DNA of 64,000 nt from the NCBI GenBank assembly GCA_001179505.1, contig CDMY01000460.1, positions 1-64,000 of the forward strand, in the 5' to 3' direction. This stretch comes from Vitrella brassicaformis CCMP3155. Taxonomy: Eukaryota > Protista > Chromerida. The translations under genes and the position numbers were made by a program. Positions 23,085-35,188 of this stretch are shown piece after piece. Within the stretch, counting starts at the first letter, position 1. Each line of letters starts with the position of its first letter. The notes below the pieces were generated by a model. It was given only the letters and a program-made list of their open reading frames with translations. It was not told where the DNA came from and did no database searches.

Positions 23085-25942
23085 TCAGCCCCACCCATAC
23101 ACCAACCACCCGCCCGCCACTTCTGTCACTCCTTCCTTCACCTGTTTGTTTTGTATGGTCTTGATGAGTCTGGTCTTGAGAGGGTACTTGGGCTCGCTGG
23201 TGTTGCGGTAGGTGTTGAGGTGAGGATTGACATTAAACAGGGGATTGGTCACTGGCTGGTGGTACCCGAAGGGGTAGGTGGTGTAGGAGGGGTGGTGGGA
23301 TGAGAACCCGGACGAACCCGTCATGCTCGAGCCGCCCGTGTTGCTGCTCGTGCGCCTGATAGGTAGGTAGGGAGAGAGGGAGGGAAAGACACACGAGAGC
23401 GGCGTCGTGGAGACTCTCGTCGGTGTGTGTATTCTTCTCTGCTCACTTTGAGTGGTGTCTGTCTCTGTGGTGTGAGTGGTGAGAGCCGTGGTGCCGCTTC
23501 GACGAACGGTCGCGCCGGCTCTTGCTGCTGGCAGGACAACAGCTGAATGCACACCACACCGATCAAGGAACGACACGTACGTCAGCTGATGGACATCACT
23601 GCCTGCGTGCACTTTGGTTGCTCACTATGGGCATGAGCAGTCTCTCCCTGGCCTCGCTGACGTGCACCTGACGAACACAGACACAATCGATGGCGGCAGA
23701 TCCTGGTGGGGGTAGATGGTCTTGATTTGCTCACATGCAGAAGTAGAGTGAGGTGCCGACGACCAGTGTTGTAGGGAAGACGACAAAAGTGAGGAACACC
23801 AGCAGCCAATCCTGGAAGGCTTGTGCTGCACACCACACAACACACGACTCACCATACATGCGCGCAATCGGTGTGCGCCTTTGTGTCTTGTGCCTTACGT
23901 ATGACTTGAACGACGGCCACTCGTTTGGGGTCGAGGTCGAATGCGTTGGCGTAGAGGCACATGTCGAAGCTCCTCTTCTGCTGCATCGGCAGGTCCTTGC
24001 TGAAGTGCCACACCAACTCCTCACCTGAAACACACACACACACACACACACACAGTGTCAGCGACATCCTGCCGACCGTCTTTGTGTCGGTCGGTTACCG
24101 AACGGTGGGGCGACGGAGACGGTTGTCCCGTTAATGTCCATCGTGTCTGATCAACACCAAGGCATGCAGTACACGCGAGCCCATTGCGCCCGCCTCCCTG
24201 AGTACCCTCCCTCACCGAAAGAAGGTTCGCGATTGGCGGCATTCCTTCGGTTCCTGCGCACCGGCCGCCCCCCTCCCTGCTGTGTCGGATACAGCTCAAT
24301 GGCGTCCGCCATGTCCCTCTCGCCACCACGGACTGCAGACCGACCCAGCTGCAGAAACGACAGACCGCCGAGGGTGCCCAGCAGATCCGTGGTGGGACGC
24401 TGGCTGTTCGGTGAGGGAGAGACCTCAGAGGCCTCTTCTGCTGATGGTGGTTGTGGTTGTGGTGGTGATGGTGGTGGTTGTGGTTGTGAGACGTCGCGGG
24501 CCGTCTCCGTTCTAGTGAGTGCTCTGAGGGATTGTGTCGATGAAGAGAAGATGTTGGCCAGAAGAGATGGGAGGCGGGAGAGAGGGGTGGGGAAGGTCGG
24601 CGATGAGGAGGGGTCGGCATCGTCGAAGACGTCCTCGCCCTACATGGTTGACAGATGACACGACGGTTGACCTTGCACGCGTGATGGTGGGAGGATGTGT
24701 CGTGTGTATCATCACTCCACTCACCGTCTTCCACGTGACGGATTCTGTCTTGTACGATCCGCGACAGCCGACCTCGCTCGGCTTCACCGACACGATAGTG
24801 TCTTTGGAGAAGCCATCACCTTTACACAGACAATCACAACACAACACGTCAGGTCGAACGAGGGCACGCGACGTGTCTGCAAAGTGCTGCACTCACCCTG
24901 CAGGACGAGATCGAAGTGTACGTGCTGCATCGGGTGGACGGAGAGGGACATCTTGGAGCGAGCGTGCGCCCGCAAATGCTGTCTGCACACACATACCGAC
25001 ACGTAGACACACGCGTGACACACACGGCTGCTGCACACGTGAGTGTTGGTCTGAAGGTTGCTTACTCCTGCTGTTGTACGTGAGGCTTCATGCACAGACC
25101 ATCGGCAGAGCGCCTGCACCCATCTGCAGACAGCAGCCGGCAGCAGAAAAGAAAAAAAGGGTTCACCTGTGCAGTGCACAGGCAACGCTTTGCTCACCTG
25201 GAATGTCGACGTCTCCCACGAACGTCCCCTCCGATTTGGACCGGGCGCTCGGGTAGAGACACAGTGTGTAGGTCTTGCCCCACTCACTCGAACTCTCCTT
25301 GCCCAACTCAAACACTGAACAAACATGCACAATACGACACCAATTGCCCGTGCGACTGATCTCCCTACCCGCCTTTGCTCACGGATGTGCTGCTCGTGGT
25401 GTTTGCGGCGCCTCAGGATCTCGCCGGTGGCACCTGCAACACACACACACACACACACAGAGCAGCAGAGGTGCTGTCAACACAGCGTAGCATGATTGTG
25501 TGCCTGCCTCGCTGACCAGCGATGCTGTTGTCGTAGGGTCTGGATTCGCATGACGCGTTGTTGGGCGCCCTCTCCTTGACACTCAGGTAGCTGTCCGGAT
25601 CAAACCCGCTCCCAACCAATGTCACATTCACCGACCAACCACGCAAACCTGACAACAGCAGACGACGCGCAGAGAGCAATATGCAGGAGTGCCATGAAGT
25701 CTTCCGCCTCGTCGTCACTCACCGTCGGCCAGCGCTTCATTTTCAAGCATGCGGTGGACCGCAAACAGAGTCCTCGGCACCCTTATGGATGCCCGCTTCG
25801 TTTTCTTGCCCGACTCAAGTGCCCGCTTCGACTTGCCCTTGCCAGGCTTTTCGATGCGGTTCCGCGCATCGCGGCTTCGTAACGCAGCTGCCCAGCCGAT
25901 GAGCACCGCCGCGATGGACGCCAAGAGGCCAGACGGAGCCAT
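23085..25942 (-). CDS. Multi-exon protein with signal peptide and C-terminal transmembrane segment
   Basis: N-terminus MAPSGLLASIAAVLIGWAAALRS; TM segment LLVFLTFVVFPTTLVVGTSLYF; many small gt/gc-ag exons. Confidence 0.45.
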
Positions 25943-26158
25943 CCGGAATGGTGGAATGATCTCAGGGAAAACGAGCCGCGCAATTCACATGCTGCCAATG
26001 CACTAAGACACAGCTGGATCTACCCTTGGGGACCTTCCAACTTCGAGGCAGGCTCTTCAAACACCACAACCGTTTGTCCTCTCAGCTCGCGCTTCTAAGC
26101 TCGCAATCTTCGAGGTGCTCCCTGAAACCGCTTCCCCGAGGAGGCTGGATGTGCAGTT

Positions 26159-27657
26159 GTGTCGAGGATGAAGTGGATCTATAGCATCTCGACGCCAAAC
26201 TGCATCGGTCGCATCTTCTCCTTCGCCGCGGCCCTTTGCGCGCTGCGGACATCAACTACAGAGTGTTCAGCCGTATACCGAGCGCCCCTGAAGAGCAAAG
26301 CAACGTTTATCGGTCCCCCTCTTCTTCTCCGCGCAAGAAGAACGACATCCATACATCGTCGCTGCAGCGACGGTGCCATGGGAGACCTGCCAGACAACGA
26401 TGCTTCGAGCCTCGGCCTTGGCTCGTCAGCAAGAGGCGGCAATCCCACAGCCGAGGGCGATGAGGTCCTGAAGGCGCACATCGAGTCCTTCCTGAAGCGA
26501 CAAAACATGACAGCTGTGCTGCGCTTCGACATCGAGGGTGCTGACCATCTGCGTGATGCGCTCCATGTGCTGGAGAGCAGTGGCGACTGGTGCAGACACT
26601 CGAGGGCCATCCTCTGCATCCTCAAGCAACGTGAGTATGTTCCCTCCCTGCCGCTGACCATCACACACGATGACGTCAAGAGAGTCGCGGCGTTCCAAGA
26701 CTGCCCAGTGCCGGTGAAGCAGTTCTCGCTCTTCAGCCACCTGCTCAATGGTGATCACAACATGACGCTCGATCGAAGAGATGACGGCGCCGTGACAATG
26801 GGCGGCCAATGGTTGAATATCTACACGAGGGACACGCTCCCTGCCGTTAAGGACTACTTCAAACAAGAGCATCCTTTTCTGAAGTCGTCCGATCCCGAGA
26901 ACCCGCCTTGCAGCTGTAAGAAACCGTTCTGAAGAGAGAAGGGTCATTATTGCATGGTATGTGCGGCTGATGAACATGTTCAGATATGTATCGTAACTTC
27001 GGAAGACGTGATTATGCGGGTTTTCACGACGCCGTGCTTCTCCAGTAAGGACAGTGCAGAGAAGGTGTTTGTGTTTGTGATTATTTTGTTTGTACTCTCC
27101 TGATTTTGTTGGTCAGCATGGGGTCGGGTTTTGGCGACAAAGAGTGCCATAATGTTCTGGGGACTGGCAGCAAAATCCCCAAGAAAGAGGAGACTGTCAG
27201 CTTTCGAGACCAGCGAATCGCGGAGCTGGTGGCGCAGGTGAGTGAAGCGCAGGCTATGATGTCGTGGTCATGACATGTGCCATCAACTAGTTTGTCCCTC
27301 TGCCTTTGTCAGATGCCGCCCCCTTGGCACCGCATCACCATGACGTGTCTGTGTGGAGAGAGAGAGGATACCGAGGTTAAGCAGTTACGTCGCCTGTACT
27401 TGTGCGGAGACGATCCGAACGACAGTTTCCTCACGTATCTGCAATGTGCCACCAGAGGTGTCTTCCAAGATGCCAAGATGATGTATCTGAACACGTTTGA
27501 GACGCCTCTCCCTCCTCCTGGGGGGTGGGAATTGTGGCCGGATTGGAAGCCGTCAAGGTTCCCGGCTACGGTGGAGGTGGCACGGCGGGAGATGGGCAGT
27601 GATTTCGACCTCATCTTTGGCGAGAAAATGAGACGGGCTGAAGCCCGTGGTGAGTAA
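26159..27657 (+). CDS. Hypothetical lineage-specific family protein (possibly fragmented)
   Basis: ORFs 26159-26932 (LHVLESSGDW...LPLTITHDD) and 27277-27657 (RRLYLCGDDPNDSFLTYL). Confidence 0.45.
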
Positions 27658-27849
27658 AGAGATCATGCGGGGCTGGATGACCGCAGGGACGGAGATATGC
27701 GGTGGATGGATGCATGTGACTGAATGGGATGAGGTTGTGACACTCTGTGCTCATGTGTAGTATAGAGTGACAACTGAGCTGGCTTAGGACGCTGCTCTGC
27801 TGTCATGTGCTCTCTACTGTTCCGCTGAGAGATCAGTCATCTGCTGTTG

Positions 27850-30800
27850 TGCTACATGAGAACAAGGCAGTTAGCTGACCTTTCAATGGAGGGTTGTAGA
27901 CTTATGTGTAAAAGACATGCAGACTCACGATTGCGAATTGATGGACTAAAGAGTCTTCCATGGATATAAAACGTTGGCAGCGACCCAGCATAAATAAACG
28001 TGCGCCCACAACACACCCACCCCACAAGTAGATGCAGTGCGGGATAGTCACCACCTCCGGCACATATAAAATGTAGGCAGCAATCGAATCGATAGGCGCT
28101 GCAGTGGGGCAGATCATGTTTTCGTGTCTCTTGCCTGTCTGTCTGTCTCCCTGGCTGGCTGCATGTCTCTCCCCTCTCGGCTGTGGCCAGACGTCCGGCC
28201 TCCTGAATGGCGCGTTGGAGCTCCTCGGGCGAGGTGGCTGGGTCGACGGACAGCTCGCTGGCCTCCCGGACGGCCTCCACCTCCTCGTTGAGGGGGGCGT
28301 CGAAGCACCGGTCGTATGCGGGCGGACGGTCCTGACCAACGGGCTTGAAGAACTTCGAGTGCGGCCCCCCAGCGGGTCGAACCTGTTGCCGTCGGCGTTC
28401 CTCAGCATGTGCATGTGGGGGGCCAGCAACAGGTTGGCCAGCAGCGAGCACAGTGAGTAGGTGTCGGCCGTCCGGCTGGACGGACCCACGATGGCTGTCC
28501 TGTCACCACTGCCACTGCTGCTGCTGCTGCTGGCGCCCTGGCCGATGATGCGGAGGAGGCTGGCGGCTGCTCGAATGTTGGCGGCTGGGTCTGTGTGGGG
28601 CGGGTTGACGGGGGGCGGGGTGATGTCGCTTGGGCGTGTCGGCTGGGGCGAGAGGGGCTGCTCGGCAATGCCGATGTCCTGGGCCATCTCCAGGTCGATC
28701 CACCGGCCTCTCAGCTCACCCTTCGTCCCCTCCTCCCCTTGACTCGTGCAGGTGGGCCGCCACTCGACCAGCACGTTATTGCCGCTGGCATCCCGGTGCA
28801 CCAGGCCGCCGCGAAGATCTCCGCCTGCGACACGAGCAGAGACAGGGCCAGCGAGCGGATGTGGTGGGGGGCGATGCCGAGCTCTTTGAGGGTGGTCTGC
28901 AGGCGCTTGATCTTGTTGACGAGGCAGTTGGCTGTCGGCAGGTCGGCCCTCGCAGCAAAGAGGTCCGTGAGCGAGACGCTGTTGGACCAGATGGGGTCCT
29001 CCTCTGCCGCTGTGGTGACCTCCTGCTGGTCGTCATAGGGGCTGATGCTGTCGGCCTCCCACTCCTCGTCGCCATCGGCCTCGTCCTGCTGCTCAGCTGC
29101 CGCCCTGGAGGCCGCAAGGGTTTCGGCGCTGATGCACAGCTCCATCGGCCGCGGGCAGAAGTCGGGGGAGGCCAACATGGCGTCGCACACAGGCAAATAA
29201 CAGACAGACACGTGGAAGAGCTGCGAATGTGTGTAAATGTGCCGTGTGTGTGGCGACCCACCGGCTGCCCTGCCCATCGAAATGCCGCCAGTCTCCTTCC
29301 GCGACGACTGTGGCTTCGAGGCGGTCTTGCGGTGGCGCAGCCGCTCGGCAACAGAGGGCGTCAGGAAGCCTGGAGTACACAACGCAATGCAACTCAACGG
29401 GGGAGTGCGTTTGATGTCCGCGTCTGTGTGCGTCTGTGTGTCGGCTGTGCTTACTTATGTATTCTGATATGGATATGTAGAAGTGCCCCTGGATGCCCAT
29501 GACCACCCGCTTGTAGGCCGCGTTGGGGCGGTCGGCCAGGTCCTCAGGCACGCGTGTCTTGTCGATGATGATGTAGTCGTGCCACTCCTTGGGCAGCAGC
29601 CGAATGGGCAGGACTCCCGTCGTCGGCGCCAGGCTGCCCCTCGCGCCCCCTCGGGCCACTCGAGTGACTGGTGGTCGGCGGGGACGCTGCCGGACGCCTT
29701 CAACGCGGCCGTGATACCGCCGCCGCGGGCTGACAGGCGCTTGATGGCCTCCACCTCCCTCAGGATGGTGCTGCTGGCGTCCTCTGGCCGCTGGGCGAAG
29801 CCCAGGGGGATGTCGCACTTGAGGACGACGCGCTGCCCCGACGCCAGGTGGCCCTCGATTATGGCAACTTCGCTGCTGTACTGCAGCATAAAGCGGCCGG
29901 CGGGGCTGAAGACTGACAGGACATCCAGTGCCGTCGCCTCTGGTGTGCCCGCCGCCTCTTGTGTGGGTCCGTCAGTGGCCGGCCCGATGTGTGCGTGGCA
30001 AAGAAAGAGAGAAGCGCCGTCTGGCGCAGCTCCCTCATCGTCGGTGTCGCCCTTTCCTTCTGCTGGGAGTGGTGCCGACTTACCGGACGCCTTGGTCCGC
30101 GGCACCGGCTCGTCGGCCATCTTGCACAGGCGGTGGTTGCGGCCGCGGTCCTTGACGGGCGTATAGCGGTTGGAGAACATGCTGTCGCGCACCGAGTTGC
30201 AATACGAGCCGTACTCGGGCCGCCTTTTGTGCAGACCCGCCACAAACTGCAGACACACAGAGAGAACAAGAGAATGTATTGATGCAGACAGACACCTGGT
30301 GTGACAGACAGGAGACCATACCCACCTCGTTGATCTGAGGGTAGTTTGTGCTGTTGATGTTGCCGCCGGGGATGTCGTTGTGGCACACGAAGAAGCTGGA
30401 TGAGTGTGTAGTTGATGGTCATGTGCGTGGCAAACACGCAGGCCATCGACTCGGCCTCCGCCATGTGCTCCTCAAGCAGCTTGAACACGCCCGTGAAGGA
30501 CTTCTCCAACTGCACACACACACACACACACACACGCATCCATCCATCCACCCGTCATCAGCCATGATTGCCTGCCCACCTTGACTATGTTCGTCCGCCG
30601 CGTTTTGGTGAGATTGTCGTTCGTCCTGCCGGCTATCATCTCGCTCCTCGCCTGCGCCACATAGCCGTCCACCAAGTTGTGCAAACAGCCGGTGGCATGA
30701 GCCATATTGGCGAAGAGCTCGTCCTTCTCCCAGCTGGCCGCTGCGGACTCTGGCTGCGCCGTCGATGCACGGGATGAGTGGGGGTGGTGCGAGAGCGCTC

Positions 30801-31140
30801 GCAGGAAGCACCACACCTGCACCACACCTGCCTGGCTGGCTGTCGAAGTACGACTCACCCAAGAAGGTGATCTTGGTGACACCGGGTGGCAGCGCCGCCC
30901 CATACTTGACCTCAGTGTCCTCGAAGCCTGCACACACGAACACCCAGCCGCCCAAAATGACCACATGTTGGTATGCAGCGATCGATCTATGTCACAGTGT
31001 TGGCCGGCCGACCTGGCTCTTTGGCGACGAGTTTGATGAGCTCGGGGAGCTGTTCCCTCTCGCTCTCCTTCTGGTTCTCCCGCTTCTGGGAGGACTTGCC
31101 GGGGTTCTTGACCCGCGGCACCGGCTTGTCAGCCATCCTT
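27850..31140 (-). pseudogene. FunK1 (fungal-type)-like protein kinase, multiple frameshifts
   Basis: N-lobe GQRVVLKC...ILREVEAI, catalytic LVHRDASGNNVL, RWIDLEMA and C-lobe ADTYSLCSLL. Frame breaks at about 29640, 28810 and 28370. Confidence 0.75.
27961..28117 (-). repeat. Two degenerate cassette cores (copies g, h)
   Basis: Minus strand: ATGATCTGCCCCACTGCAG...TGCTGCCTACATTTTATATG (28058-28117) and TCGCTGCCAACGTTTTATATCC (27961-27986). Confidence 0.6.
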
Positions 31141-31909
31141 TTCGCCACAGTTGATTATGCGATAGAGACGGCTTCCCTTCCACAAGTCTTTGTTCCTCGT
31201 CCTTTTGGCGTCGTCCGGCCACTCTCGGTCGGCATCCAAGAGGTCGAGCGGCAGGCCACGTGGAGCAGCACGTCATAGGCATGCTGCAGAAGGCAGGCAG
31301 GCAGGCGCTAGGCAGGCGTGTGTGTTTTTGTGTGCGCACCGACCTGCCAAAACGCCCTGCTTACTTTTCTGATATTCAGGAGGCCTTGGTCTTCGGGCAC
31401 GCATGTCCGTCATCGTCCCCGACTAGGTATCGCGACACAAGAGAGAAATGACAGGAATAAGTCAGTCGTCATATACCAGCAGCACAGTGTGGTGCATCGG
31501 GGCTGCACAGCCGGCAGGCAGCGAAAGTCATCAGAACTGCTGATGGCAGAAAAGGAAAAAGAATAAAACAAAGAAGGCCGTCTCCCTCCTCTCTCGAATT
31601 CTCGACCGTCCTTCTTACCCAAAATCGGTTCTTGCTGTCGTAGCGGGATTACAAGCCAGTGCGGCAGTATTGCATGGGGGGCAGAAGGGGAGTGAGGATA
31701 CACAACGGATTCCAACAGTGGAGCTGCAGAAGGCAAGAAGGACTCATCCCTGTAGACAGCTGATTCTCGATATGCGTACCAGTGCCGTAGATAGCTGTGT
31801 GAGCGGCGTGGAAGGGGAGAGGAATGGGAATTCGGAATGCGATGAAGATCGCGACTAAGCTCGCCATGGTGCGTGAAACCGCTGCGGTGAGATCTTCGAG
31901 AAAATCGTC

Positions 31910-33527
31910 ATGAAGAAACGTGCTGAGAAGAAGTCTGGTCGTTCTGGCGATCGTGATGCCAGCAAGGTGATGAAGGAGGGCAAGAAGAAGCGAGGTGGTG
32001 AGCCAACCATCGACAGGAGCCGAGCCGAGGCCTTGATTCCACTCATTAAGAACAAGCAGAAGCGGCGAGAGCTCCTTGGCAAGCTGTTCCGGGAGAAGCA
32101 GAAGGAGAAAGCGAAGTTTAGAAGAGCGAGGAAAGCCGCAGAGGCGCGGGGCGAGAAGGTCAGCACCGCCGAACACGCAATGAATAAGCCGACACACATG
32201 CCAGTGTGCTGTTTTCAGGTCGAGAGGCAGAAACCGAGGACCATAGAGGACATGCGGGAGGCAGACGACACCATTGGTAACACAAGGGAGAGGATCAGAT
32301 GCTTATGTGACAACACCGATGTCTTGTTGTGTTGCAGTGACCAAGGAGGACGAGGAGGTCCAGGCGGAGGACGCTGCCGATGAATTCGCCTCTTACTTCG
32401 ATGGATCGAGGCCGCCAAAGATCATGCTCACAACCAACAAGTGAGCTGCGGAGGGGGCGAGAGGGATGACAAGCAGCGCATGGATGCTGATGGTGTCTGG
32501 TGTGTGTCAGGCGGCCGTCTGCTGAGATGTTTGATTTCCTTAAGGAGCTGGTCGCCATCATACCGCGATGCTTCTACCATAAGGTGAGCCGGCAAGACAT
32601 CGATGGGTGCGCACATAGCCGCATTATCTGGTATGCTTGGCCGTTTGCAGAGGGCGAATCGCGAGATCAAGAAGATGGTCAAGTATGCGTGTGACAAGAA
32701 CTTCACGGACCTCATCATCGTCAACGAGAAGGCCAAGCGGCCCTTTTCACTCTACATCTGCCACCTGCCAGGTGCCCCCCACGGACGCCACATCACATCT
32801 ACTGGTGGCTAGTTACCATTCCCTGCCGTCATCTGCATGCAGAGGGCCCGACCACCTTCTTTCGCCTGACGAGGCTGAAGCTTGCACAACACATGAAGGT
32901 GAGGGAGTGAGCAGAGCGCACTGAAGGAAACGTGCACACACTATCTGGATCGAATGTGCGGCATTTGTCGTATATCGTCAGGGTGGTGCGACGTCGAGTG
33001 ATCACAATCCTGAGATCATCCTCAACAACTTCGACTCACGAGTCGGACACAGGCTGGGTGAGTTAACCGCTCCACACACATGGCCGCATAGATGATTGCT
33101 CTGCCTGTGTTTGTGTGTGCAGGGCGTCAGTTCGCGGCGTTGTTTCCGCAGCGTCCTGAGTTTCTGGGCCGTCGTGTGATCTGCTTCCACAACCAGAGGG
33201 ACTTCGTTTTCTTCAGACACTACAGGCACGGTTGTCACAGGCAGACATATGTGAGTCAATGGTATGGTTGTTTCGTTCAGGTATGAGTTCGACAAGAATG
33301 GGGAGCGGACTCGGCTGCAGGAGATCGGCCCACGATTCACTCTCAAACTCAGATGGATGCAGGCAACCCACCACACCACACCAGACGACACGAGCACAGA
33401 AGCACCAATGCTCTGTGTGTGTGTGTGTGTGTGTTAGGAGGGTACGTTCAACACGACATCCGGCGAGTATGAGTTCCTGTGGCGGCCGGACCTGCAAGTG
33501 TCGAGGAAGAAGTTCTTCATGGGATAG
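31910..33527 (+). CDS. RPF1: Ribosome production factor 1 (Brix domain)
   Basis: [24 protein letters not shown]...[61 protein letters not shown] and RKKFF. Confidence 0.95.
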
Positions 33528-33746
33528 CGGGGTGGATTGATGAAGCAATCACAGTCAATCTGTGCATGGGTGCTGTGTATAGACAGACAGACAGACAAAC
33601 AGACATGCTGCATGTCGACGTCGATCATGTGACTCACACTCTCTGCCCGTGCACGTGATTGATTGACTGATAATTGATCGACTGACTCACTGCTGGCATG
33701 CATACATATGTAACCAGCGTACTGATTCACTCAGACACCATGCGGC

Positions 33747-34994
33747 ATGCAACACGGTGACAGCACACTCTACGATGAGTGTGTCGCATTCCTTCACGAC
33801 AAAAACAACAGGGGCCGGTCGCTGAGAGGCGAGATGGCGGCGCTCAAAGCAGACATGACCATGTTCAAACAGTCACTCGACAACCTGCAGGTCGATGAGA
33901 CACAGACACAACAGACGCAGACGTGGAGGATTCATTTCTTTCCGTGTTCCCGCAGGCTGAGATCATCCGCGGGCGGCAGAGGCAGTGGCAGCAGAAGAAG
34001 CTTGCCAACGTGCCCAAGTGTCTGCCACGTAAATAACAGACAAACAAACATCCACGCAACAACGAGTGCCATTTGGTCTGTTCCTGAATGCAGAGATTCC
34101 AGCGCATGGTCCATCGCGTGAGGACGAGAGACGGCCCACCCGCATTGTGCCTGAGGTGCCACTAGTCGCCAGTAACAACCAGCCCAGCAACAATCCGACC
34201 AAGAAACGCAGACTGCTGCTGCTGCCCATGACAAGCAGGAGGAGCCCTCGCCAGCCCTCACACAAAGACAATGCACGTGCCGCCGCACTCTCGTCCAAGA
34301 GCAGACGCTCTTACAGCGAGGTATGCAGGACATACACAGCAAATGTCTCGCTTGTCGATGGATGCTTGATGTATGTAATTACACAGGTGTCGTCTTTGGT
34401 GTCTGGTGTCTCTGGCTCCAAACTCAGCAGCGGCAAAGGATCGCAGAAGAGACGTACAATAATCCACTCGACGTGTCTGTGTGTGTGATTGCTCCTTCTA
34501 TGTGTTGGTTTGTGTCAGGTCATCGCAAGGTCCGGGAGCTTGTGTTGCACTGTGCACAGGACGGCGGCAGGACCGAGACCCACCCTGTGTTTGATGAACT
34601 CGAGTGTGGCCTCTTCAAGGAAGAGGACGAACAGGTATACATCCGAACATACAGCGAGACTCAGATGGATGTACGAGTGTCTTCTCTACTGGTTTTGTGC
34701 TATCTCTGTGTCCAATCAGGAGTTCTTGTGTCTGCGTGCGTCAAATGAGAAGAGCGGCCACATGCCAAACGATGACGACCAGCTCACTCAGCAAGACGTA
34801 CCATGCCAGCTACACCAGCCATACCATGCGATTCTCCTCCTCTCCCTCTTACTTCTCTGTGTGTGTATGTTCTAGTCGCTGGAATGGGCACAGCAGATGA
34901 TCCACAAGTATCTCCAGCAGTTGCCGACACTGCTACGAGAGCAGGTGGACGAGCACGACCTCATCCACGGCGGGGCGCAGGCAAATCGCACTGA
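33747..34994 (+). CDS. Hypothetical multi-exon protein
   Basis: Coding-like exons (MQHGDSTLYDECVAFL...; HRKVRELVLHCAQ...FDELECGLFKEE) with gt-ag introns. No domain recognised. Confidence 0.45.
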
Positions 34995-35188
34995 GAGTGT
35001 GAGAGAGATGCTTGTGCCTCTGTGGCTCAAGGAAAGGCATTCGTGCACAAAGTGATGACTGATTGACGGCTGCGCACATGCATGTCAGACGCAGATGCAT
35101 GTAATGAGTGGATCCGAGCAAGAGACACAACATGCAAAGATCGACAGAAGGCGTCCCTCACAGACCAGAAAAGCAAGAGTCATTTTGA

